Origin: Calcarisporiella thermophila CBS 279.70
Lineage: Eukaryota > Fungi > Calcarisporiellomycota
NCBI RefSeq assembly: GCF_041956535.1
Contig: NW_027192195.1
Span: 715,533 to 779,532, forward strand
Length of the DNA stretch: 64,000 nucleotides
Reading direction: 5' to 3'
The notes under the pieces are model-generated. The model did not search any database. It had not been told where the DNA came from and saw nothing but the letters and a program-made list of their open reading frames with translations. The translations under genes and the position numbers were made by a program. The stretch's first letter is position 1; every line of letters begins with the position of its first letter. This document shows, one piece after another, positions 37,939-52,527 of the stretch.

Positions 37939-40900
37939 TTAGAAAAAGCCATTTTCATGCAGCCATTTTGCAACATCGCCGTTTTCACCGCCATCTCTCT
38001 GGGCCCACTTGGCTTGCACACGCACATCCTCGAGCGCTTGTTTCAATTGCATGTCAAATTCGCTCACATCTTTGTCCGCAAAGAAGGCCTCTACTTCACG
38101 TACAATTTCCTCGTCCGCAAACGAGCTCACCGCCAACTTCACAATGATCCCGAGAGTGCGCAGAGCGCCCGCAAATCTACTCTGAATCTCCGGCCAGTTT
38201 GAAAGAATAAAGGAGAGATGAGGCCGCCTTGCGACCGGATTAGACGCAAGCGTCAGCTGCATCTGCCAAAAGTCTTGGTTTCGAACTGCTTCGCTCAAAT
38301 TGAAGGAAAGCACTCTTTGAACCAGCACTGGGTCGCGAGTTTGACCCAAAGCGCGCAGCGCCGCGAGCTTCTGATCAACCACCTCGGTTTCAAGGTACAG
38401 TTTGGTAACCGCCTCGAGCTCAGCTTCCCCACCATAGGCAACCACTATGTCATAGGCCACAGAGCGAATATTCGGGTGCAGAGCACTCGAATCGCCTTGG
38501 AGGAAAAGTTGGAAACGACGCTGTGCCTCTTGCAACACACTGCAGAAAAAGCAAATTCAGTCAAAACATGTCCTTTGAATCTTGCCCTATACTACTGTAA
38601 TCTCACTCTTTATCTCCAGCCAGACCCGCTTGCCTAATCACGAGCGTTCTCAAACGCACAATACGATAATCCTCCTGCTCCGGATACTCCCATCCAAGTT
38701 TTCGCACAAGTTTCGAAAATAGGCGTCGTTGGTATTCACGGAGCCCCTCCTGAATGTTGGTGGGTTGCTCAGAGAACGTATTGGTGATTGCATCAATATG
38801 AGTGCAAAGCTCTTGAACAACGCTATGAAATGAATAAAATCGTCAAGATGTGTATCACGTGGTCAAGAACACAAACCTACACGTTATCTTCCTCGTTCTC
38901 GTATCCTTGCATCAAATGCAGAAGCGTGCTGGTTCGCGTGTACCCACTCATTACGAGTGCTCCGGTGTCAGACAACAGTCCCGTTCGATCTCCCGCCTCC
39001 AAGAGACCTTGGCGAGCTGCCTCTGCTAATCGTGCAAGATGCTCTGGTGTGTAGTCAACACGGTACACGCCTGTATGTTGATGATTTAATTTGAAAAAAT
39101 CGTCGGATGAAAGTTCTCTCCCAAGGTCGAATGTTTCCTCGCGCTCGGAGAGGATCATATTGAGCATCTCCTTATTGGATAAGTGAACTCTTAGAGGCAC
39201 CCACCAGAGGTTGTGGTCGTCAGAGGGCTGCACGTCTCCCGTGGAAAGGAACCGGTTTTGTTTTACGTGGATCTTGTTAGGTGTGGGCTGAGTGACGGTA
39301 AGCACGGGGTGCTAAAAAGTTTCACGAAATCAATCAGAAAGCAGGGGATTAAACCGATACTCAACAACATACTCCAATTTGCTTTGTCCACAGGTCCATG
39401 AATTTGCCAACATCTGCACCTGACTTGTTACTCAGTGCCCTCCAAAGATCTTGTGTGTTCGCACTGCCATAGGCGTGCTCTGCTAGATAATCGCGAATGC
39501 CGGATAAAAACACCTCCTCACCCATCCAATTGGCCAACATTCTGATCACAGATGCCCCCTTGGAGTAAGAGATTTGATCTATGTGATAAAAAGACGAGGA
39601 TATCAGTCGACTTGAATGCATACACTCCGATATCTCCTAATTACCAAAAATCTGCAATATCTCTTCTGCTTTGTTCACCGTCAGCTCTATAGGATGGGAG
39701 GAACGAAGGGCGTCCAATAGCATCCCCTTTCGCAATTCCTCTTCGAGGAACTGAACCCACACGTTCCATTCGGGGAAAAACTTGTTGATCGCAAACCAAC
39801 CTACCCAGGTTGCGAACCCTTCGTTCAGCCAAATATCGGACCACCACTCCGCCGTAACGAGATTTCCAAACCATTGGTGGGCACATTCGTGCGCGGTCAC
39901 ATAGGCAACACGTTGCTTCGCCTTCAGCTCCGAGTGTTCTTCGTCGTAGAGAATAGTGGCTAGTCGGAAGGTGATACACCCCCAGTTCTCCATTGCACCA
40001 ACCTCGAAATCGGGTATAGCGATAAGATCGAGTTTCGGGAGAGGATAGGGTTGACCGAACTTCTGGGTGAAAAGCTCCAAGGATCGTATAGCAGTATGTA
40101 ATGAGAGAAAACCTTGGTTCTTTAATCCAGGTGGGGTGTACACGCGAACAGGTATGGGATTGTTCTTGCTGTTGCGAAGTGTAGGGGTAAACTCCTCGAT
40201 GTATTCAAGTTCCCCGATCACAAACGCGAGTAGATATGTACTCATTATTGGCGTGCGCTCAAACTTAACTTCTTTCCATTGGTTGTCTAGAGAATGCTCA
40301 GAGCTTATAGGCATATTAGATACTGTAGAGAGATTAGAGGCGACAGTGAGCTTAAGCTCGAAGGTTGCTTTTAGAGCAGGCTCATCCCAGCAGGGAAACA
40401 CGCGACGCGCATCTGTTGCACATAGTTGAGTAACGCCCATAAACCTGGATTGTTCCCAGACATGTTAGCAATATATAATGGCCGAATGAAATACTGGGGG
40501 CTTACTTTTTCTCGCGATTCGCGTCCAAATAGGAGCTTCGATAGAATCCATGCATTTTGGTATTAATATTGCCGTTAAAGCGCACATAAAGGTAGGCTGT
40601 GGTATTGGCAGCAAGTGGTGTGCGAAGTTTGAAGGTCACTTGATGCTTGTCCAAATCTTGGATGATGGACTCGACTTCCTGCCTGAAGAAACAAGTTAAA
40701 CCATGATAATTTGGTTAATTGGAGCACAGTGCAAGAAGAAATATAGTCACCTCTGTTCTTTGCTCGCACCCACTGATGCATGTTCTATTTCCAATCCAAT
40801 AGAATTGACAGTAATACTAGCTGTGTCCTCCTTTACCTCAATTCTTTAAAGATTTTAAAAGGGTGTCTTAAAAGTCAAACAGTAAATTGGTTACATACAG

Positions 40901-41017
40901 GACGTTCTCCTCTCCTTGGAACGTGAATTTCTCAAGATCTGCCTTTAGATGAATTTCATAGTGTTTAGGCCTGACATTACCGGGCAAAATGACGCGATTA
41001 TCCTGATAACTAGACAT
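37939..41017 (-). CDS. APE2: M1 family aminopeptidase (Ape2 / puromycin-sensitive type)
   Basis: LPGNVRPKHYEIHL, GFYRSSY, TQLCATDARRVFPCWDEPALKATF, GAMENWG, HECAHQWFGNLVT...WLNEGFA, ISYSKGASVIRML, ERAP1-C domain. Confidence 0.95.
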
Positions 41018-41078
41018 AATAATGGAACTTTAGTAACATTATTTCTTGAGCTGTCACGGCCTATTTCTCACGCCCAAT

Positions 41079-41085
41079 TGAGTCA
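41079..41085. promoter_or_regulatory. TGAGTCA (Gcn4/CpcA/AP-1-type) site about 60 bp upstream of the aminopeptidase ATG
   Basis: Exact heptamer match, single occurrence; function inferred only. Confidence 0.3.
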
Positions 41086-41381
41086 TTGAACCATTATATA
41101 CTCTTGTATAACCTAGTTTAAATTTATTAAGCTAGAACTTTCCACCCACTCTACTTCTTAAAACATAATTCATCAAATTAACACTTACCAGCCCCCTAGT
41201 ATCATTTTATTAATGGTTACTTCCAGGAGAACTATGATCGCTCTATTTTGGATTCAGTTTGTTGGGAGTGAGAAACGGGATCAAAGGCAGAGTATTGGGA
41301 TCTGCCAGATGAAAAATTAGATATAAAATATTTTATTATTCTAGTACATCGAGTTTAAAAGATCCTAATAAAAATATTCCG

Positions 41382-42543
<1,162 letters not shown>

Positions 42544-42949
42544 CATTTGAAATTAAATATTTCGTCACGTCTGTATTGCAAATTGATTGGCTCCAACAAT
42601 TAAATTAGCGATATAATTATGAAAAGTATTAGTAAACTGTATAGATACAAGAAACTTATCCACCATACTCCATTAATTTATACACAGGATATGTTGTAAT
42701 ATATAAAAGAGTTTATATTTCAACATGTTTATCTTTGGTAAAAATATAAAAAGTAGTCACAAAATTGGCAGCATTGATAGCAAAGTTGTATAATGAAAAC
42801 ATGCAAGACATCTTAGAAAGTTCGTCTTAATAATCCTAATGTAGAACAGTATGTTTTTTTAAATAAAAAACAAAAAGATACTAGTGCACAGGAAACATAA
42901 AGTTGAAATGCAAAAGATAACAGATGTATGTACAATAAATAAGTTCGAA

Positions 42950-45900
42950 TCACAAATTCATTTGAGGCCGGTGTCGTCGTCTAATTAAGGATTGTCGGAT
43001 AGGACCAAGAACGACGACCAATTCAAACATTATAGCGCTTATCATATTTGCAATGCATAAGCTATGAAGGGAAAGCGTAAGCTGTTAACCAAACTAGCCT
43101 AGTTCATTAAACACAATGCTTACCCCCAAAGCTTAAAGCGGAAATCTCTCGGCAAAATATTGTTCTCGTCGTTTGAATTATACTTCTCTATCGAAAACCA
43201 TGGGACTCCATACCCAAGACGAGTGAGAGCATCTGTGCTCCCACAGTTTAACCGCATCAGGCAACCCAGTGGATTCGGGTCTGCCAAAAGCATGTACGAA
43301 ATAATTACAAAATATATCACCGCAATCCCAACAAGGATATAGTTGCGCCACCATGTCTGGCGATAGACGTATCCGAAATTAAATACTAGTGCCGAGTTGA
43401 CGAACTGGAAGAGGGTGGTGTAAGCGAGTACCGCCGTTTCATAATTATCACCAAGGAGCCACCACTTGGAGGCGTCTACTCGAGAGGAATCAAACTCGTG
43501 GCAGCGGAACCATTCCTGCGAGTAGAGCAAGCCCATTGCTCCAATCAAGAACACCCAGTTGATAATGACTTGGCCAATTGTGGAGGTGAGCGTTTCCACG
43601 CCAAGGAGACGGGCAGTCGGCCTCTTTGGAGCCAAGCGCTTCGCTGGACGGGCTTGAGTGACCGCGTATGAGAGCAATACTGTAATAAATGCATCAATCA
43701 TAACTGCGAGGGCTTGTGACAGTGCCACCGAAAAGTACGCGGTAAATATTTTGAGCATGACCATAGTTTGGCCATACATGATTAAATATCTACGATTTGC
43801 AAAATCAATTAGAGCGAAAAAAAAATTTCTTAAACTATCATTGTATATTACTTGTAGCCAGCAAAATTAGTTGCCAGTGCTCCTCGACCCTGGCGCAATA
43901 ATTCGACGCAAGACATAATTGTGCGCCGGTTGGTCGAGAAGGGGGACACAATCGATGCCTCGGCCTCCGAAAGGGCCAATCCCACATGTGCTGCCCGCAG
44001 AGCGCCACAGTCATTGCCACCATCTCCGCACATGGCAGTAATCCCTCTCTCCATATGGAGTTGTACACAATTCACCTTGTCATTCGGAGTCATACGTGCG
44101 AACACTCTTATGCGAAGCAATAATTGTCGGATTTGTTTCGATTCCACTAGATATTGGAACGCTCTGCCTGTGACGGCAAGTTCCGCCACGTTATCGAGCC
44201 CCACGCATGCAGCTGTGTCCACGTCCTGCCAAACAAGTTTTTCCTCAACGATGTCTCCTAGCAAGATTCGTGCATCGCTGCTTGTCATTGCGCATTTTCT
44301 TGCAATGAATACTCCTGTCAATGCATTGTCGCCCGTGATCATGACAGTTCGAGTGCCTCCCCTCTTTAATTCTGCAATCGCCTGAGCTGTATCTTCCTTA
44401 AGTTGATTCTTGAAAAGTACCAACCCGAGAAATTCGGTCCCAGCCTCTAGCTCTTCTCGAGTCATATTTCGCGCCACATCGGGATCGATTTCGCCCAAGT
44501 CACGGTGCGCCATGGCAAGAACGTAGCAACCTTCGCGTGCCAACTTGGTTGTGGTCATATCATAGTCTTGAGGAAATGAGCTTGGGGTCGCAATCTCTCT
44601 TATCTTCTCGAATGAACCTTTTACAAAAACATGTACATGTCTGGTCGCATGCTCGAGAACTACAACTGACATTGACATGCGCGCATGCACGAACTCAAAA
44701 CGTCGAATTACGTGTAATAGCTCGTTCGTAGTAGGGTGCATAAGTGTATCATTATATTGAGGATATTCGGTATTTGCGAGAAGTTTCCAATCTGTTGCAC
44801 TGAACATCTCAATATCGACAGGATTTCCAACGAGCTGCTCGCTTACTCTTGTAACATCGTGACATGACGCGGTTCCAATCTGCAAAAGATGTGGGAATTC
44901 CACCGGTTTATCAAGAAGTTTACCCAAGTACCCTGATGGATTATAGGAGATTTTTTCCTCTTCCCCCATATTGGCGGTTTCCAAAGGTTGGACTCCATAA
45001 AATTCAAGTCCCTCCTTGGTCAAGGTACCAGTTTTGTCGAAGCAAAAAATACACACTTTTCCTGCGATAATAACTCGTGGAAGATCGACGCAATAGATGT
45101 GGCGGGAACGAAGCCGGCCGGCTGCAACTGACTGTCCGACTACCAGTGCCGCTGGAAGCAATGGTGAAATTAGCTGGCAGATATTAAACATGGCTAATAC
45201 AAGATTAATTGATGAGTCATTGTAGGGTAACTTGTGGAGAATGTGTGAGCTATACCGAAAAACCAGGCTCCCGTTCCAGCAGACCGCTGTAGGAGTAAGG
45301 CGAGTACAAAACATACCATTGCCCAGCATAGCAGGATTACCTAAAAAATGCACCCGTAATCAACTCTTTGATTTTAGCTCGACTATCCACTGCCTAAATA
45401 CATACCATTACTACTTTTATTTGTTCGTTGAAGATGAACTTTATCTCGGTGGGATATAGAATTTTTTGCACAAGCTGCCCTTTGTCGGTCTGTATCCCTG
45501 TGTGCGTGACAAGGGCTCTTGGAGCACCTGAGCACGAATCTTCCTTGCTGGAGAGAGCGTGGATCGTCTCAGACACTGATGTCCCGGCAAAGAGGGTGCT
45601 ATTTTTTCCTCGTCCCACGCGACTATAAACCTCCTCGTCATCCTTGATGGGGCTTTTGCGGGTTGGGCGTGGCTCCCCAGTGAGAGAGGATTCATTAGCA
45701 ATGATGTATCCAGACAACAACACGGCGTCGCATGGAACGGTGATACCCTCCCTGACTTCAAATACATCGCCGCATACAAGATCCGCAGTAGAAAGCTGTA
45801 CCATTTTTCCATCTCGAAGAACTGTGCATGTGTCAACGTGCTCAGCCATTTCTTTGATGCGATGCTCGCTTTTTAGCCGCACGTACACTTTTATGAGTGC

Positions 45901-47687
45901 GCTCAGCAAAATAACGACTGTATCAACAATTCCGATAACATAGTAGGCGTAGTAATAGAAAAGCTTTATAGGAGAATAAAAAAAAAACAAGTTGGTGAAT
46001 CTCTTCCACAGCTTGGGGAGACATCATTGGGACCGATAGCACTTACCCAAAGGACCATAAATTGATAAAGATAGAAGTATCTGAAGAATTCTCTGGCCAA
46101 AGCGCTAAAAAACGAGGGAACGTAAACGGATATGAAATTCTCTCCAACGAGCTCCATGCTAAGGCAATTAGTCCATGTTGGTATAGGAAACGTGAGTCGA
46201 GAGAAAATTTTTCGAGTTACCGAAATTGCGCTTCTTCCGTCGAGAGACCTTCGCTATGCTCCAGTAGCTCGCGATTCGTCGTTCCCAGGTAATATTGGTA
46301 CAGGCCAAACACGTTTTTCTCTGGGTTATATATATATCGTGCACACTGGAACTTGAAGAAGAGGGTGCCACTTTTAGTCTTTTGCAATGGCACAGTTTCA
46401 ACCAGCATTCCTAATCTGTGCTTATACGTGAGAACCATGTTCGGCAGTTACAACCCACCAAGTTCAACTCACCCAAGCGCAAGCTTAAACTTATTTTCAA
46501 ATTTATGCAACCAGTACAGCGCACGTGAACTGTCCTCGACAAGATGCATCGGCTTTTGCTTTTTGGTCACTTCAATAAATTGTGCGTTTGTGGGCATGCA
46601 TTGTAAGCGAAAGAAATTTCGCAATCTCCCCCGACTAACATTAAGTACTATCAACCATAGCGCAGCAATATACCACACAATTATAAAGTTGACTGAGGAG
46701 ATGTAGAAGCTCTCGAAAAAGAGGCCATAAGAGCGCCCGTTGATATTGCCGTAGAAGTCAATCGTAAGAATGGCAAGCCATACAAACCAACCCAACGTGT
46801 ATAGAATGACCAACAGAAGCATGAACCTCCCAAACGCATCATTTCGAAAACCTTTCAGAGTGAGGTGATCCGAAGCCGAGTCCAAGGTCTCAATTGAGTC
46901 GAGACTAACTTCATCGTCACCGTCTCTTAGCTTTTCGTCCTTGTACGAACTGATATGTGAGTTTTGATGGATATTTAAAACGATATTCTGTTGAGAGATG
47001 AATTAATATAAAGAAGCAGAGAGGCAAAAGGCATTGAAGAAATACTTACCCTTTCTCGGGATTTTTTGTATACCGTCCAAAGTGCCATAATCCCGAAAAA
47101 GAATGATAGTAAAATCCACACGCTTAGCCATCGAGGCTCTACCCAAGAAAAGCTCTGTGGTGCGCGCGGTGGGCACTTCAGCCACATTGCATCACTTTGT
47201 GGATCGAACCCCACGGAGATGTTACTGATTCCGAGCGTAGAGGCGCAAGCGTAGGCTATCTGAGTCGAGTCGGAAGCGTTGAAGTCTCTTATCGTCACGC
47301 TCGTGCCTACTCGGCAGGGAAATAGAGAGATGGGCGAGTCGGAATCACATTGGCATGGATTGCGGACTCCACTACAGGAAGTTTTGCAAGTGCCATCCAT
47401 GCAGAAGCTCTGGCCCTCAGGGCAGTTTGCCGAAAGACTCGACGGACAATTCAGGAGATTCGAAACGCAGAGTGGAGGACATTCAGCATTATATTTCGTC
47501 GGAAGTGGGCATTTCGCACCGTTAATGTCCCATCCATTCACTTGAGGGTGGGATAAGTGACCATGCTGAGAAACGCTCGAGAAAATGCCTATAATTGCTC
47601 ACCTTGATTAAATGCAGGAATAGAGTGTCCTACGCTCGCCAACTGTAAGAGCAACGAAATGTACACAAGCGCCTCCGCCCGATGCAT
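42950..47687 (-). CDS. P5B-type P-type ATPase with N-terminal signal peptide and Cys-rich ectodomain
   Basis: ESSLTGE, TLFAGT, TM4 ISPLLPAAL, FCFDKTGTLT, GNPVDIEMF, KGSFE, MITGDN, FARMTPNDK, MCGDGGNDCGALRAAHVGLALSEAEASIVSPF. The 5' exons splice in frame via introns 47602-47541 and 47049-46988. Confidence 0.9.
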
Positions 47688-48099
47688 TGTGTATCAATTT
47701 AAAGAAATAAACAGCAAAGAGACTCTGTGATGTATTCTCTTCCGGTATCCTTAGGCGCTAATGATGATTCACTTGTCCTTGTTCATGGCGAGTTCTATTT
47801 TTTACCCTTATGAATTGAGTCGCCGTTTGATCTCCGATCGAATCCAGGGTCTCTAGGTTTCGAATGTATTCACTTGTTTGAATACCGCCTCTTAATGAGG
47901 TCATTGCCCATCTAATAGAGACAATCTTGATATGTGATTGATTAGGATTCAAACAAAATAGTCGAACAGCAATGGAAAGTAAAAAGGCATTAAAAGGGAT
48001 GAAAAATGACAAAATGGTAGGAGTAAATGGGTTATAACCAATAAGAAAGGTAGTACTGAAGCAAGGTTGAATAAATAAGAGATGGGCCAAATTTCAACT

Positions 48100-51000
48100 T
48101 CACTTCTCATGCTCATGCATAGGAGCTCCCACCGAGGTTGCTACCATGGTGGGTAGCATCGCGGCAGCCAGGCGAGATACCGGTTTGCCCGTATGGGAGT
48201 CGGCTTTGGATTGCATGTGGGAATGCAAGCGGCCGCCGCGCACGGATTTAAACACGGAAAGCTCGTTCTTCAAATGGGTGATCGGACTCTGCCATTCTAG
48301 AGATTTTCCTTCGGCACCCGCTTTATACTTGATAGTTGGATCGAAGTACTGGGGGCGAATAGGGATCCGCAACAGCTTGAACAAGAATATGAGGAGCTCA
48401 TCGGGGATAAGCCGGATGATCACTCCCACCAGTAAGCTGCATGCACCGACCAAGACGGACACCAGCCACTCGACGAGACCCAAGCTTGTCGTCTGGAACG
48501 CATCCGAACCAAAGGTGACAATCAAGATTTGCCCACCGATCATGATAATGAAAATGATAATGAAAAACTTATTTCTCTGCAACCCGCTAAAAACGTTGAG
48601 TCGATTGTTCAAATTACGACAGCTAAATGTTAGAGGGGGGGGAGGTTAATCACATCAAATGGGGAAACTTGAGCGGGACAAAACCGTACTTAAGTTCATT
48701 GAAGATCTGTAAGAAGACAAACGTGTTGAAGACGAGCGATTGCAATCGTCTCTGCGTGTCCCTTGAAAGGTGGCCTCCTGCCTCAACCGGATAGTTAAGC
48801 AGATCAGCTCCACTATAGAGCAAAACTAGGGTGGCGGCCAGTTGGAAAAGAGCTTGCCCTAGGATCATTTTCCACATCGTGATGGTGATTAAGGGGGCAT
48901 TGCGAGATTCGGGCAGGCGGTTAAGCAAATCGGGTGTGGGAGGGTCCGTCGCGAGGGCAAGGGCAGCGAGCGTGTCCATGATCAGGTTGACCCAGAGTAG
49001 CTGCACCGCGGAGAGAATAGATTTCTCGGAGGATGTATTCGACACGGCAGAAATAAAGGTGATAAGCACAGCAGTCACGTTCACCGTCAATTGGAATTGG
49101 AGGAACTTTTTGATGCTATCATTGACGCAGCGTCCCCACATCATAGCTTTCACGATGCTCGAGAAGTTGTCATCCATGAGAATAATACTACTCGCCTCTT
49201 TGGCCACCTCTGTCCCGGCAATACCCATTGAAAAGCCGATGTCTGCCATTTTCAACGCAGGTCCATCATTTGTCCCATCGCCCGTCACCGCGACCACCTC
49301 ACCCATCTGTTTCAACCGCCCGACAAGTATCCGCTTGTCCTCCGGGCTTGAGCGAGCAAGAACCTGCAGTCGAGGGATGATGGTGTCCATTTGATCTGGA
49401 GGGAGCTTTCGGAAGGTGGGGCCTTCCATCACAATTCCACCCTCAGTGTAAATGCCACACTGGCGTGCGATAGACTGGGCGGTCAAGACGTTATCGCCAG
49501 TGACCATGCGCACAAACACCCCTGCCTTTTGGCACTGCAGCACAGCCTCTTTAACCCCATCGCGCAATGGGTCTTCAATCCCCACGATACCCTGCAAAAT
49601 GAGACCTCCTTTCGCATTGATCAGATCGTCGTACTCGACCTCTATAGCTTTCAACCGCTTCGATTCTTCGGGGCTCTCCTCCTCTATCTCCTCCTCCAGA
49701 GAATTCTCTTTAATGGACACGCCCTGCGGTGGCCACGAATCAAAGTCGCGATACGCAATACCTATTGTGCGCAAACTCTTTGTCGCATAGGAGACAATGA
49801 TCTTTTGCATACGCTTGGCGATTTCTGGAGTCAGCTCCGTCGTTTTCACCTCGTCCACGCTGTCAGCGTACTTCTCAGCATCCGTTTCAACAATGCGCTT
49901 TGCCTTGGACAGGATGACTTCGCTCGCCCCCTTGACATACATCCGGTAGGCGCCCCCGATTTCCACCACCGTCGCCATTGCCTTTCGGTCGGAGCTAAAG
50001 GGAAACACCTGCACAATTGGGTATTTGTCACGAAGTTCTTTGTAATCGGGACCTTGCAGCTCCTTGGAGAAACCCAGGAGTGCGCTTTCAGTCTTGTTGC
50101 CGAGGAAAGCGCGCTGGCCACGGTCGTCTACCCCCTCAAAAGCGGTGGAATTGATGCAAACGCTTTCATGCAAGAGGCGGAGCACTGGCTTGGGCGTGAC
50201 CTGATGGAGATCTCCGATGGCTTCGATTTTGCGTGGGGGTATCCCACCCGTGCCTTTGCGGCCATGGATCGTGATGCTTGGATTGTCGTCGGTGGGCGGG
50301 TTACTGGTGTCGGTTTTTCCGCCCGGCTGAGTTGATGAAAACGTAGCAGAGCGCTTGAAAGCTTGAGATCGGCGCTCGTTCTCAGCTGAAGGGTCTTTCA
50401 TGAATCGGAGGTATGCGCCAAAAGTGCCGGTCACCACGGTCATGCGATTTTGGGTGAGGGTGCCCGTCTTATCCGAGCAAACGGTGGTCGCATTGCCCAT
50501 CGTCTCGCATGCCGCTAGAACACGTACCAAGTTGTTGTCTTTAAGCATACGCGTGGTTGCATAGGCAAGTGCTAGTGTAACTGCAAGCGGTAATCCCTCC
50601 GGCACTGCCACGACCACCACCGTTACCGCAGTAATAACAATCTGCAGCACGGCTTGTATGGCATCCGTTGCACGAGGTACAGCAACACGGAATCCAACGA
50701 AGAATTTAATGAGCAACACAAGCAGCATTAGGAGGGCGGCAGCCAAGCCAAGTTTGGCTATTTTCTCTGCGAGGAAATTAAGCTTCACTTGTAGTGGGGT
50801 GTCCTCCGCCTCCTGTCGCAATGCCATCATGGTTTTACCGTGGAAACTATTGATTCCAACCGCAATGACCACGTAGGTGCCGACACCTTCAAGTACTTTA
50901 CTACCCGAAATCATGAAAGGATCAGGTAAATTGTGCTTTTGGGGTAGTGCGGGCTTGGCTTCACTAGTTCCATCATTCTGTAAGGGTGCCATCAAGTGGC

Positions 51001-52527
51001 CATCCCGATCCTGTTGTCCTGCGATAGGTTTGGATAAATTAGGGGATTCTGCAGACATAGCAGATGAAACAGAGACCGAACGAGCATCATCATGAAGAGC
51101 GGCGCGCTCATGCAACTTGTAGCAGTCCTCCCAACCCAGCTTTCGGATCGCATCGGATTCGCCAGTCGCCCCCGACTCGTCGCATTTCAAATTATGGCCC
51201 ATGATGAAAATACCGTCTGCAGCAATAATATCGCCTGGCTCAATGTGGACAATATCACCAACAAGCAAGTCGTGCACTGAAATATGGCATTGTTCTCCAG
51301 AACGGGTTACCTAAATAGTTACCATTCTTTAATGAACATCTTTTTAGGGAATGGGCAACACTATATCGCCTATACTTACTTTAACCACGGTATCTTCTTT
51401 TTTTGCATTGAGTTTCATGAATTGCCGTTCCTTTTGGTAGTCATTAATACTCCCGACAAGCACTACAATAATAATCGCAACAATGATGGCTACACCCTCC
51501 ACCCACTTTACATCCGGGTAATACTCGGTGTATGTCTGCCCATTGACGGTGACTTCCTGTACATTTGCAGTAGTGAGATCTTCGTAGATTCCAAGAGCCA
51601 AGGATATTACTGCAGCCACCGTAAGCAATATCTGGTAGAGCACAAGAAGTTATTGGAGACCATCAAGCAATATTGAGCGGGATGCATAAAAATATAGAAT
51701 TACCAAAATCTTTTCTTGAAAAGCCATCCACATTAGTTGCAGGATATTCTTTGGCTTCTTAGCGGGAAGGACATTGGTACCATACACTGTTTTCCGCTGC
51801 GGAAACAAGGTTGGTTCCTTCGTAGACATTTGTGTAGCCTTTCTGAGAATTTTGTTTGGAGTATCAGCTTTCTGGTCGCTCGCCTTCTTAGTGTCGGCCA
51901 TCACGCCATCTGCTGTCTTAACATCATCGACCTTGATATCCCCACGTACTTTTTCTGGCTCAGGGGCTTTCACTTTCTCAGAGGATAGGCCACGGATATC
52001 ATCCAAGGTCACAGGGTCGAAAGGGGCTGATTCCTCCTTGCTCAAACCAAAGGTGGCATCGGTGTGCAAGCCTTTGAGGATACCGGCAAGACCGCCGAGC
52101 TCGCGTAAAGCATCGATATTCTTAGGATCGATTAGATTTTGAAGCTGGGCGATGGTAAAGGCGAATGGAGCTGGGGACGCGTTTTCACGCTCCTCCCCCT
52201 GTTGATCAATGGTCTTCTCGTCATCCGTTTTCTTCTTCATTCCCAACGATGTTTCTAACTTAAAGGGAGGGGGAAGGAGAAAGAGTGATAATTAGGCTTC
52301 AGAAGGAGAGGATAAAATCTTATGGGGCAAACGGAGTGGTCCCTATTTTCTTATTATTTATGTCTATGCACGAAATATTTTTTTTAATTTGATGGCGTTC
52401 TTTGGAATTGTTTCGAGAAATGTAGCACGATTCTCATCTAGACCGCCTGTCTAGATGAGATATCAGAAATGTCAGAAACCGATGTGCAAGGGATTCGAAA
52501 AAGCAATGAGAAATGCACGCCCTCCAT
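48100..52527 (-). CDS. PMC1: P2B Ca2+-ATPase (vacuolar PMCA type)
   Basis: WVEGVAII, DESGATGESD, VAVPEGLPLAVTL, CSDKTGTLT, MVTGDN, VTGDGTNDGPAL, QLLWVNLIMDT, VFKSVRGGRL. Start is either ATG 52527 (9-nt exon MEG, intron 52518-52259) or ATG 52240. Confidence 0.96.
52432..52460. repeat. Perfect 12-bp inverted repeat / hairpin
   Basis: TCTCATCTAGAC-cgcct-GTCTAGATGAGA. Confidence 0.9.

Noticed and set aside
39877-39891. HECAH instead of HELAH in the aminopeptidase
   Set aside because: The change is at a variable x position of HExxH; zinc ligands and GAMEN are intact.
49391-50335. 314-aa plus-strand ORF, and similar long ORFs 2294-3025-, 3022-3762-, 56481-57011-, 62131-62769-
   Set aside because: Antisense shadows of well-supported genes caused by codon bias; no recognisable protein features.
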